Shown here: one piece after another, positions 52,341-64,000 of the stretch | How positions within the stretch are numbered: position 1 is the first letter of the stretch | How the letters are laid out: each line of letters opens with the position of its first letter | NCBI GenBank assembly: GCA_051362555.1 | Contig: CM120640.1 | Span: 61,916,788 to 61,980,787 of the forward strand | Length of the DNA stretch: 64,000 nt | Reading direction: 5' to 3' | Origin: Lingula anatina | Lineage: Eukaryota; Animalia; Brachiopoda | Program-made: the position numbers and the translations under genes | Notes under the pieces: model-generated | Databases searched by the model: none | What the model was told of the DNA's origin: nothing | The model's input: the letters and a program-made list of their open reading frames with translations, nothing else

Positions 52341-55300
52341 AATGGATCGTTGGAAGGGAAGGGTAGCTCTGGTGACTGGTGCTTCAGTCGGTATAGGCGC
52401 TGCTATTGTCAGAAAACTTGTCCAGCATGGAATGAAGGTGGTGGGGTGTGCGAGAGGCGTTGAGAAAATACAGGTACAATGATCAACTGTACCCTAGTCA
52501 AGTACCGGTAGTAGTTTTTATTAGCGCTTGTGTAATTTAAGGTTACCATGTGCTTAATTTAAAGTTATCTTGTGCGGGGTAGGCCCTTGTAGTCAACGCA
52601 GAAATGTAATGAACCACTACTAGTATGCAGGGACTGTACCCCAGATTGCTGTCCGTTATTTTATCTTGCAGACACATAGGGCATGGGATCGATAACACAG
52701 TTTACCCAGCTACTTAACGCTGACCTTTAAAATGTATTTGTACTAAGCAATATGTGGATCACTACATAAAAATATATACTTTAATTCTACTTGACTGAAA
52801 ATATAGGCTGCGTCAACTCATCTTATATCTACTACTTGTAGAAAACTGCATCATTTGTGATGACGTTTTATTCAGCATGGATGTAATTTTCACATATCCC
52901 TATCTTTAAAACAGGCATCTAAAAAGTCCATTGTGCATTTTGCTATATCAAAATAATTACATTGTAGAATGGTAAGAAATAATTCACTAATGGGCTCTGG
53001 AGCTGCAATGCCCAGTATACATGTAATAAATGGATCTTAGTGGAGCATAACAGGGGCATATCATCAGGAAATGGAATACATCTTTGACCAAACACATGTT
53101 GCACACCATGCACAATTTTCTTTTCTACCAGTATATTTTAGGGTTCATGTGTCTCCTCCTTTCTATTGGATTCTTTTATTGTGCCAGTAACTACCAGTGA
53201 AGCCTACATTTGTGAGAATGACAGTAATGTAATATTTAATCAGGCATTCAGTATTCACATGTAAAATTAACTGAATTGTTGCTTACTTATTTTTCTTTTA
53301 TGCAGGCCAAACTGAAGAAAAAGACAGCAGTTCAAATGAAATTATTCATTTAAATTTAAATGCACCTCCTTTTACTTTAGGCCCTGGCAGATGAGCTGAA
53401 AGATATGGATGGGACTTTGCTACCAATCAAATGTGATCTCTCCAATGAAGAGGAAATACTGTCCATGTTCAAAACAATCAAACAGACCTGGGGTGGTGTT
53501 GATGTGTGCATTAATAATGCTGGTTTGGCACTCAATGCACCATTACTCAGTGGAGCAACAGAGCAGTGGAAAACTATGTTAGATGTAATACTGATTTATA
53601 ATAGAAGCTAGGTTGCTAAGTCTTTTGAACAAAAAGGTTGTAAGCATAAAATACCTAGTTACAGCGGAATTCAATAGTGTTTTCAAAACTTATCATTTTC
53701 CATTCTTTCAAATACCTGTTGCAGTATTTTATTGTGTCTTTAGTTTTGTTTTTTACATATATACTTGCATCATTGATATTTAGTTTTATTTAAACAAGGT
53801 CAACATAATGGGTCTGTGCATCTGTAGCCGTGAAGCATTCAAATCAATGAGAGAAAGAAAGGTTGATGATGGACATATAATACTTATAAGCAGGTAGGAG
53901 ATCATGCAGCTCACCGAGATTACATGTGTGTACCATAATCATTTTTTCAAAGCATATTTTTTCATACTATGGTAGGAGATAAGGGTACTCCATACTAGAG
54001 GCCAGTTTAATGATGAAATAATTTCCATGCAAAAATCCTCGCTCACAGTAGAAAAAACTGCTATAAATTATCCAGGGACACACTGATATCTGGGAATATC
54101 TAGTGAAAAATCAATCTGTGGTCCTGGTAGAGGGTAAGGTAGGGGTGCAAGAGATCACATAGGACAGTATCATACACATTTTAATGGAATTTTAACATAT
54201 GGATCGAGGGGGTTACTTAATCCTCTTGTTTTTTAAGCAAAACACTTTATTCATGATTACATGTAATTTCATTACTGAAGAAAATTATGTTTACGCCAAA
54301 TATTTCAGTATGTCGGGACATCGTGTTATACCATCAGCAGCCATCCATTTCTATTCAGCCACCAAGTATGCTGTAACAGGCATTCTTGAAGGGCTGAGGA
54401 ATGAAGTCCGAGCTCTGAAGACCAATATAAGAATCAGTGTAAGTGATTGAATATGATTGATTGGGAAGGGAGGACAGGTGGCAAGATTTTTAGAAATCCA
54501 AACATTGACTTTGAAATTAACAATTACATTTCAGTATGGGAGCATATAGGTTAGTTCCTAACACTCCTCAGCTTCACTTTTATGCAGCCACAAAGTTTGC
54601 AGTACGTGGTATACTGGAGGGGATGAGAAATGAGTGCAGGGCACTGGAGTCTAATATCAGGGTGTCTGTAAGTTTATATGCTTTAAAAGAAAAAAAATGC
54701 CATATGCAATCACAGAAAAAGATATAATGATTATATTTTCAAAAAATTGCCAAAAATGCAGTGCTAGAGTTAGGAGTTTCAAGTGAAAACACAGATGAAT
54801 AATTCTTCTTTCAAACTTCAGAATTCTTTTTTCTTGCATGCTGTTTTCATACTTTCCCTCTCTCAATAAACATTTGAAGATCTTCCAAAAAAGAAATTTT
54901 CCCAATCATCTGAAGTATACTCACTTTATTTGCTGTCATTGATTATCTTACCCTATGTATTTACTTGGCCATGCAGGAACTAATATTTTGACTTTGAATT
55001 ACACAGGAGTTGGAAATCCAGTCAAGATTCTATAAGAAGACCAACTCAGCTGATTCAAAATGTTCTCATGTCTTCTCATGTGATTTAACAATGCCCCATG
55101 TGGATTAATTGTTAATCAACTGGATAAAAACTGACAGTATGGGAGAAGTCTCAATCAAGAGACTAAAAAATCCCAATTTCAGTTTCATGCATTCCACTGT
55201 TGTTTTTTGGATTGAAGGTCACAGGGCTATATCACATGGCAGTGGGTTAAATTTGTTGAATATAAAGGAATGAATTTATGAAATCCAGCTTTTTGTTCTA

Positions 55301-56321
55301 ATGCATCAAATGACTGTGACATAGATTATGATGGGAAAGAAGGCCACAAGGAAATGGAATTTTAATAATCATTTAATTTCTTCAAATATATAGGCAGTCA
55401 GCCCAGGTGTAGTGGAAACAGAATTTGCATACAGGCTTCATGAAGGGCAAGAGGAAAAGGCGAAAGCCATATATTCCAAGGCTCCTGTAAGATTTTTTAG
55501 TCCTAGCCATGAATTTTGAGTTCCTCAAATAATAAAAAGTCATAAGTTCAAGTTGATCGATGTTTTGCAGATTTTGCAACAGTATGTTTTATTGTGAAGT
55601 ACTGAATACTTAAATTAAAATTTAAGTATTGACACTGTAATGTTTAAAGGGATGACAACTCTGCATTTTGGTGGAGTGCCATAAAACATTTTCTTGGGGT
55701 TAATTTTCACATTTTCCGATGGTTAATGAATCTGTACTGACACTTAAAGTTAGTCAAGTGGGTTTTTTAAAAAGTGTTTGGAGGTCCTCATAGTCTGATG
55801 GCAAGCACAGATTACACAATAATTTCAATAAGTGACATTTTTGTGGTGAAATGGAGCTTATTATTATTTCTGTGTTGTTTACAAAGTATCATTTGTGAAA
55901 TATGAAGAGTTGTTATCCCTTCAAGATGAATGTGAAGTAATGCTTAACTTTATGTAAACTGTAAATACAGTGCTTCTCAACATCTTATTGTGCACATCAA
56001 CTTCAGGTTCTTCAGGGAGAAGATATAGCAGATGCTGTGATCTACGCATTGTCTGCACCACCACATGTTCAGGTGTGAAATAGTTTTGTTATTTATAACA
56101 ACAGTCTCTAAGTTATCCAATTTGTTCTCAAGGGATTCTTTCCATTTTGAATTCATAGTGATTTTTCCTCAAATGTTTTTTGCTTTGTGTGCATGCACCT
56201 GTGGTTCTCCCAGTACATTCAGATCAGATTTTGGCAAGATATTTTTTTTTGTTTAGTAACATTAAATTTCTTTCCTCAGGTCCACGACATTCTCCTACGT
56301 CCAACATCACAGGTTTCTTAG
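52341..56321 (+). CDS. DHRS11: Dehydrogenase/reductase SDR family member 11-like, with alternative exon 4a/4b
   Basis: Exons 52341-52473, 53381-53584, 53799-53893, 4a 54309-54438 or 4b 54535-54667, 55394-55486, 56007-56072, 56280-56321. MDRWKGRVALVTGASVGIG, DVCINNAG, DDGHIILISS, YxATK, SPGVVETEF, SAPPHVQVHDILLRP. Confidence 0.93.
55648..55920. mobile_element. Degenerate Kolobok-like MITE in a DHRS11 intron
   Basis: TTAA|AGGGATGACAACTCT ... AGAGTTGTTATCCCT|TCAA; related to 57247-57584 in opposite orientation. Confidence 0.65.
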
Positions 56322-56614
56322 GGACACCAATTAGTCATCACCAGATGAACGGATGAAAGTGGAAGGATAGGTGGACTATCTAGGAATACATTGATTAAAA
56401 CCTTTACACTAATTTTTTGATAAAATTTTGTAATTTGTTGTAGAATGCCATTTTAAAAAGCTTTTAGACTTATTTTTTTCACATATTCCCATTCATCACT
56501 TCAATATTATTTTGAGCAATATTTGCTGTTTGTGGTACATTGTGATATGACATGGCAGATTTGTCTGTGGATGATGCCCTGTGTTGGACGGTAACCATTT
56601 ATCAGACGTGATCA

Positions 56615-56734
56615 TGAAAACTTGGGACTGCGCTTCAGTAACAATTTCAATTAACATTTCTTTAGAGTGCCAATTGAAAACTTGGGACTGTGCCTCAATA
56701 ACAATTTCAATTAACATTTCTTTAGAGTGCCAAT
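56615..56734. repeat. 60-bp tandem duplication downstream of the DHRS11 stop
   Basis: TGAAAACTTGGGACTG...TTTAGAGTGCCAAT twice, period 60. Confidence 0.9.
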
Positions 56735-57246
56735 TACCATTCATTACCAGCTGGGAGGCTGAACAACTTAGTCTTATTCTTTTTAGATTTAAATCACTAA
56801 AAAGGCATACTTTCTGATTAATTTGAATAAACTACCTCATTTCAAATAGTGTTATTAAGTCATGTATAGATGTTAAATGAGCACACAAACAATACGTGGT
56901 GCCTTGATATGAAACCAGACAACTTTTGTGTTTTTAATCTCCAAATACTAAAAAAAATCAATTAGGCTGAGAATAAGAACTTATTATATCTCATATTTTA
57001 TATTAATTATTATTGAACATCACAATAATAAACGAGTTGCCTATTGACGTATGTCATGCTATGACATTTATTTAAAAAATATCAATTTTTACGAGATTAC
57101 AAATTGTATCGTAGTATTTGGTTCCATTGCCTCACTTTCAAAAATTAGAACAGGCGTTCTAAAACCAGAAGATGAAGTTCAAAAATTTTATATTGGCCGA
57201 GTTCACTCTTGAATAAGAATGTCCTCGCAGCATTATCTGCAATTAA

Positions 57247-57584
57247 AGGGATAATAACTCTTCATCTGAAATCTATATTTCACAATAAAAACATTGTGAA
57301 TAACTCATAGAAATATAATATATTCTGTTGTACCACAAAAAAGGGCAGTTATAGCTATTTTTCTGATATCTAAGCTTGTCTTTAGACGACGTAACCTCCA
57401 TTGATGGCTATACTCTGTTAAAATCTCTTAAGAGATTTTAACAAAAAAACGAACTTTTCAGAAAAAAAACAGGGAGTAACTTTGAATGTAAAAATGGATT
57501 CATTGACCATTGGTTAGTATGAGAAAATTGTTGTTCACTCCAGGAAAATTCATTTTTTGGCCGAAACGAAGAGTTATTATCACT
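57247..57584. mobile_element. Kolobok-like MITE with TTAA target duplication
   Basis: TTAA|AGGGATAATAACTCTTC ... GAAGAGTTATTATCACT|TTAA. Confidence 0.75.
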
Positions 57585-58710
57585 TTAACCTTCCTCTGAT
57601 TTTAAATGTATATTGCAATATCATTTTCAATCTGGCACATAGAGCATTTTATTTATCAAGAGTGGGGGAGGGGTGGAAATTACCCTTGGGGCCACATATA
57701 ACACTAGGGCTAAAGAGGGCTGTAATGGGTCAATACGAAGGGAATCCCCTTACAATGAAGGCAAAATAAATGTTATTCTAAGGAAGGTCCAATGGATTTG
57801 CTTATTAAACCAGACAATCAACACACGAACAGAATATTTCTTCTTAATTTCTCAAAACAACACCAGAAAGCAAATTAAATAAAATCAACCAGATGGTAAA
57901 CACCAGCAGGCTTTGTCAATTTCACAATTTGTTTATTTCAAACAGCGCACTTTTCACGTATGCGCAATTGTTTGAATCCTGTGCTTGTTAAATGTCAGAT
58001 AAGTGTGTAAACACAAAAGATGAGTAAAACAACAAAATCAATTCTTGGAGAAAGCAAGATATTCCCCCACCTTGAACTTGTCCGAAGTTAACCAAAAATA
58101 GAACGAATGACCAGATCTTGTACACATGCAGCCTTGATCTGCCACAGATGAGCGGTTAGTTAACTGGCCAGTATTTAACTGGATAAAATATTTAAATGTC
58201 AGTTAACTTAACTAACTGACTGTTTAAACACTGTTTATGAAACACAGTTTTAACCATTTAGTGAACAGGTGTTAGGAGAATTTATCCACTGGTTAGGCTT
58301 ATATGCTGGTTAGTGCTAAACATCCTTTATGAAAGTGGGCCTTGACATTTATTTTGGGATCAACACCTGTTGGCCAGTGCTCAGGTGGCCACCTTCAGAA
58401 ATTAAATTAACAAATCGCAGAAAAAAAAAACTGCAGAAAAAGCTCACCCCTGCTTGCACTGTATGATCAAAGGTAACCCCAGATGTTATCTTAGACCGGC
58501 CTTTCGTTTGGTTCAGTGTCCACTAGTCCAAAATTGCTGAAGAAAATACCAAGGATCATGCCAATTTTGAATTTGACCACAGTAATCAGAGTATGAAGCA
58601 ACATGGACAGAATTACTTCCCTGTTATTGCTGTGATAACCACATCTCCCACATCAGCAACACAGACAGGGCACTGTTGATGGCAATAGGTAACTTAAATG
58701 AAAATGAAAA

Positions 58711-60397
58711 ACAAGGCAGCAAAGCTGTCAAATGTACAGACAAAGAACAGAAAATAAAGATGCAAATAAGTGAAAAATTAGATTTTCACAAAAAACTGTT
58801 AAATTGCCAGAAAAATTTACCAAACAGACTGCGTTGCCTATTGAAGCTGTATGTTAGACCCATGTTTCTTTCCTGTCAGTTTGAGAACAGTAAGTGACAC
58901 GATTTCCCTTAAATGGTCATCATAGGAGCAGTGCCCAAAATAGGGGTTTCTTCAAATTTTGATGCAACATTACATAATGTTTAACAGCATAATGACAATC
59001 AAATGTTATTAATAAAATATTAGTAACATGGACATTCAGAAAATGTGACAAGCAAAAGTCTTCAAGATCATGGAACTTTAAAGTCACACCTTGAAAATGC
59101 CAATATGTGAAAAATTAAATTTTCACAAAAAACTGTTTAACTGCCAAAATAAATAAATAAATAAATAAAAATATCAAACAGACTGCATTGCCTACTGAAG
59201 CTGTATTTTAGTCCCATGTTTCTTTCCTGTAAGTTTGAGAACAGTAAGTGACATGATTTTCCTTAAATGGTCATCATGGAAGCAGTGCCCAAAATAGGGG
59301 TTTCTTCAAATTTTGACGCAATATTACATAATGTTTAACAGCTTAATGACCATCAATTTTTAATTATAAAATATTTGTTTCACAGACATTCAGAAAATGT
59401 GACTAGCAAAGGTCTTCAGGCCCATGGAACTTCAAAGTCACGCCTTGAAAATGCCAAAATGTAAACAAGACAGCACTGTTCTGAAATGGGTTTATATCCA
59501 TTTTTAACACTTTTTTAACATAAAACAAAATAAACATTTTACTGCCATTTTATATGACCAACTAAGAAAATTGATGAGATGGGAAAAGTATCAATAGAAC
59601 AGTGTTAAATGTCCAATTTCCTCCATTCTGAGATTCTGAACATAGTGGATGATTGAATCTGTCAAACTGCAATGATATGAGTTTATTTCCATTTTTGACA
59701 CTTTATTACACAATACATGATAACAAGTTTACCATGTTTTTTACATAATCAACTAACAATGTTGTAAAGATGCAGGAAATATCAAACAAACACTTTTAGG
59801 CATCTTATTAGTTAAATAATGAGACTGTTAACATGCCTAATAATTGAATCTGAGGAAATGTGAAAAACAGTATAACTTCTAAAATAATGGCCTGATTATG
59901 CTGATTTTCGAACTCAACCTGCGTTTTAGTAAGATTGACCACTCCTGTGAGTATGATTACAATTGGCCAATCCGTTTTTCTTATATTGTGTTATCAGTGT
60001 TGTATTTATATTGAAAATAGTGAAAAAACAGCATAAATTCCCTAAAAATGGCCCAATCATGCTGATTTTCGAACTTGACCTGCGTATTATGAATATTCAT
60101 CAGTTCTGTAAGTTTCAAGGCAAAAGGTAAAATGGTTTTCCACTTATCGTGTTATCGGTGCTGCATATATGCTGAAAAAAGTGAAAAAACAGCATAAATT
60201 CCCTAAAAGTGACCCGATCATGCTGATTTTCGAACTTGACCTGCGTATTATGAATATTCATCAGTTCTGCAAGTTTCAAGTCAAAAGGTAAAATGGTTTT
60301 CCACTTATCGTGTTATTGGTAAAAGTGCACGGCGACGACGGCGACGACAGACGCAGATGATGGCTATATGTACAGACACATCAGTGTCTGTACATAA
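58711..60397 (-). mobile_element. Second HINE family, minus orientation, with composite tandem repeats
   Basis: 11-bp subTIRs ATGTACAGACA (58732-58742) / TGTCTGTACAT (60385-60395); 13-bp hairpin 60367-60396; GACGACGGC microsatellite; small GGCAGC-AAA-GCTGTC hairpin and ACAAG (CTTGT) end; internal ~337-bp x2, ~192-bp x2 (diverged) and ~161-bp x3 repeats. Confidence 0.8.
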
Positions 60398-60544
60398 TAA
60401 AATAACATCACTCTAAAAACATCACAAGGGCTTGAAAAACAGGGGGACTTACTAATAAGGCAAATAAAAATATAACAAAAATTTCCCATTCATATTTTTT
60501 TAATTTACACATTTTTAGTAATGTACAAAATTCCAACAGTCTTT

Positions 60545-62030
60545 TTATCTTTTGCCTCCCACTCTTGGTGCAGATTTCTGCATGGGCCTGGCTGCCTTAG
60601 TTTTTTGAGCTGCAACTTTAGGTGCAGAAGTCTGGAAAAAACAATGCAGAATAAATAATAGATGTGTCATTTTTTTCCCTACACTTTTGCAGTAAGTACA
60701 CTTCATTTTTATCAGATATAAATTTAACAGGATTAGTATAACAACAAGATGGCAGTACCTTTTTAGCAGAATCCTTTGCTCTTTGTTTTTCTTTAGCAGC
60801 TCTGCAATGAAAAAAAAGCTCTAATGTAAATAATGTAACCATGTTAACTGAAGGAATGAAGCCAATTAAATATAAAGTTATTTAATAATAACACAAATGG
60901 ATGCATGTCCTCTACTTAAAGACAAGACTGTCTTTTCTGATCCACCTCATGCCACTTTTAACATCACCTTGCCTCTTTCAAACTCCTTAATCTACACCAG
61001 ATTTCCCATTTTTCATTGTTTCCTTGATAGTTTACATATGAGCAAACTACATAAAATAATTTAATATGAAGATAGTTCCCTATTCCAAAGTCCCATTTGG
61101 ATATATACTAAAAAGACTCTTATGGTGAAAGAAATACATTTTTTTCTTACCTGATGGCCTGTTCTCTCTGGGCCTTCCTCACTTCAGGCTTCTGGTTTTT
61201 CTTTGCCATAATATCTGTCAAACTGGTACCAGCAATAGCACGCTGAAACTTGGCTGTGCGTCTGGTTCTCTTCTTAGAGACTTCCTCAGTCTGGCCCTTC
61301 TTGTGCTTGCGTCTGTAAAGCACAGTCCAGTTGATCTTACGGGGGTTTCGCTTCATCAAATGAGACCGCTCACATTTTGCATTCAAAAAGATGGTGACCT
61401 GGTAAAATTTTTAAGTGGATGTGAGAACATGAATAGTAGTATAATTCGAAGGAAAATGCACTTGTCTCTAGTTGCCTGCAAATCTAGTACTTGCAAGTAA
61501 GAAAGTGCATTCCGAGTAGTAGACCCGCCCCCATACCATTCCCTATTCTAATTCTCTACTCGAGTCAAATTAATGAGCAACTATTGACATAATCTAAGCA
61601 CATGATCGTAACTGAGCTGTAACAATCTGTCATGACCAGAGAGCGATGCTAAGAAAATAAAAACGTATCCTCCTTCACTGCCGAACTTAGTGGTGTATTG
61701 AAGTGTGGAACTACCGGTTCCGTAATTTTGACTTGCGTTAGATTGTTGTCAGATGGTTTACGCAGATTCTTTGATTACCTGGGGAGATATATGAACTAAT
61801 AATATTTTTACCTTGCCATCAGCCTTGACAACACGTCTTCCATGGCCAGGATATATTTTGTACCCGCTGAAGGCACAAAGTTCGAGCCTGTAATTAAAAT
61901 TAATATTTATGAAACGAAAGTATACATATCAGTTTAAACTAAAATTAGCTTGGCGTCTTAGGATGCCGATGATTATTTGGTGATATATCTGGATTTCTAC
62001 CGATATATCTGAAATTTGGACTTACTTCAT
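60545..62030 (-). CDS. RPL24: 60S ribosomal protein L24 (eL24)
   Basis: Exons 62030-62026, 61887-61812, 61398-61151, 60801-60759, 60631-60545. [37 protein letters not shown], ends APRVGGKR*. Confidence 0.98.
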
Positions 62031-62037
62031 GATGGCG

Positions 62038-62075
62038 GAAACGGAAAAGGACTGCCTCAGTGTATTATGGGTATG
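62038..62075 (-). promoter_or_regulatory. RPL24 5'TOP/TCT-type start with upstream Staf-like motif
   Basis: Minus strand reads CATACCCATAATACACTG ... CCTTTTCCGTTTCCGCCATC-ATG. Confidence 0.65.
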
Positions 62076-63349
62076 TCTTTGCTTACAACGACTCGACAAC
62101 AAAACGGTATTTGATTGGGTCAATGTAGCGCTGCTCACCTAATCAAAGAAAGGATAACACCAAAAAGCTAAGCGGGAAAGTTCAAATGAATAAAAATGGC
62201 CGCTCAGGGTAACTATAACCAATAATATGAGACACCTTTTTTCGTAAATTTTATTATTTTCACTAATAGTTTTTCTCTCGAATTGGCGCTTGTACGTTCT
62301 GAGTGAAAGGGCCGCAATGCAAAATTTCAGCAAAATGATGTTGGAGTATACCTTCAGCTTCAAGCGCAGCTTGAACCCATAAAAAGTCATAAATGCACAG
62401 ATTCAGAAAAGAAAAAAAAAAATAGGTTGGCAAAACGAGATGCTAGATCTGCTTTTGATGAAGATCTATCAGAGCGGTCAACTCTTTTGCAGCAATTTCA
62501 CAACAACTATTTATTTTAATTGTACATATTTAAAAAATTGGGAAAGGGATCTTCTTGTTGTATCCCTGCATTGTTACTTTTTTAATTAGCTCCTCACATC
62601 ATTACTCCCCTTACAAGCAAAATGATGATAATGTCTCTCCCTCATTGTCTGTTTTCTTTTTTAATGGCGATTAAAACTTTCAGGTACATGTATTTACAGG
62701 AACAGGTTAAATGTGTGTTTTCCTCACAGACTAGTGTATGTTGTGGCAGTTCAGAGTACTCTCAAAACTTAAAATGTTTTTGGGTAGGTGCTAGCAAATT
62801 TATGTCCCATTTTAACCAGTGAGGAGTACCAGTAACATTGTGGGATATAGTAACAGTGTGAGGGTGAAATGATAATAAGGATTTAACCTGGGGGAGTAAC
62901 AATGTGGGGTAGTAAAGGTTTGGGGAAATGAAATGTAGCCAGCGTTAACACAGCGTCTTCCAAGGCCTTTAAGTAGCACATTTTTTCTTTTTATGGCATA
63001 GTAGGACTTGTACATCTTCACTAATGGAAAATCCACTTCAATTTGTTCAGTCAACATGACACTATGGCTCTTTTCCTAGTGTGTAGATCTTTTTAATTGA
63101 ATTCTGTTGACCTTTTGTACATAACCTACATGCTGACCAATCAGATCAATGGCTGATAAAAGTGAATTAGAAAATGATTTGGGTGTCCTGGTTAAATTTT
63201 GTTTATACATTAACTCACAAACATTTTTAAATCAAAGAAGGGTTTGTGAATGCTTTCATATATCTACAGTAATTTTCAAGGTAGAAATAAGAAGTAATTG
63301 TTTTATGGTAAATAAATTTTTGTTGTAGACTGCTAAAATCTTATGTTGT

Positions 63350-63450
63350 CAGGGCTCGACATTAGCGCCTGTCCGCCTGTCCGGGACAGGTAAAAATCCA
63401 GTTCGGACAGGTGAAGTTGCAGGGTTGGCTGTCCGACGGACAGGTCATGT
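63350..63450 (+). mobile_element. Left end of a hAT-like MITE (right end not seen)
   Basis: CAGGGCTCGAC terminus followed by repeated CCTGTCC/GGACAGG subterminal motifs. Confidence 0.55.
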
Positions 63451-64000
63451 TTTATAAGAAATTTGGATCAAAAATCTTTAAAAAATCATTTTTTGTTGCA
63501 TACTATCGTCTTTTTGTCTCTTCCTAGACGGTACTGAAAAGAGTGACCTACTTTTGGCACAAAATACATGCAGTCGCAAAACGAAGTCTGAGTAAACTTA
63601 CCGCCAAATTATGAAAGTGAACACCCTCCAGAACTTCATCAGACAAAATTTATTCACATATCAGGTTCACTACTGAACATTTATTTAGTTAAAAATCTAC
63701 GTGCTCTAGTAATAAAGACACTTCCAAAAACAGACACTACACAAGTACTGTGCTGGAGCCAGATTGGACTGGATGAACTGGCTATATCTAGTTAGTTGTC
63801 AAGGCAACATACTGCCTCTCAATCAAACACGTCGTATGCTATCTACTCACTATAGAAAGTGAAATCTTTGGGACAGAAGATCTTGTTGAAATGTTGTTTA
63901 TTTGCCAAAATGTAACCTGAAATTTTGTATGATGCTTTCTTTAATGACTCTAGCATCACCTCTGTTATTTACTGTATAAAATTTAGTGCTGGAATATGAT

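Noticed and set aside
53307-53380. Alternative upstream acceptor for DHRS11 exon 2
   Set aside because: Leads to an early TAA; no evidence of use.
61779-61811. Alternative RPL24 donor CAG|GTAATC 33 nt into intron 2
   Set aside because: It would add 11 residues in frame within a conserved domain; no support without transcripts.

Overview
Gene-dense, AT-rich, intron-rich genomic DNA from an invertebrate animal (probably a lophotrochozoan such as a mollusc; this is inference from gene style and repeat types). In order: the 3' part of NCoR/SMRT (+), CCT6 (-), NADPH-cytochrome P450 reductase POR (+), SETD1 H3K4 methyltransferase (-), an unassigned ~780-800 aa multi-exon gene (+) hosting a U31/SNORD31-type C/D snoRNA, a group III secretory PLA2-like gene lacking its catalytic residues (-), DHRS11 (+) and RPL24 (-). 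There are three non-autonomous Helentron-type (HINE/pearl-like) elements carrying tandem arrays, plus several MITEs. Most notable: (1) DHRS11 has a tandemly duplicated, frame-enforced mutually exclusive exon carrying the catalytic YxxxK motif; (2) the PLA2 homologue looks like a secreted pseudoenzyme; (3) a 146-bp satellite with three AGGTCA half-sites (a perfect DR1) per unit sits in an NCoR intron and 3' of POR; (4) the unassigned gene has a snoRNA, a decayed snoRNA copy, an MTR4-AIM-like motif and a partial exon duplication. Exon structures were assembled by hand from GT-AG sites and frame continuity; no database searches were run.
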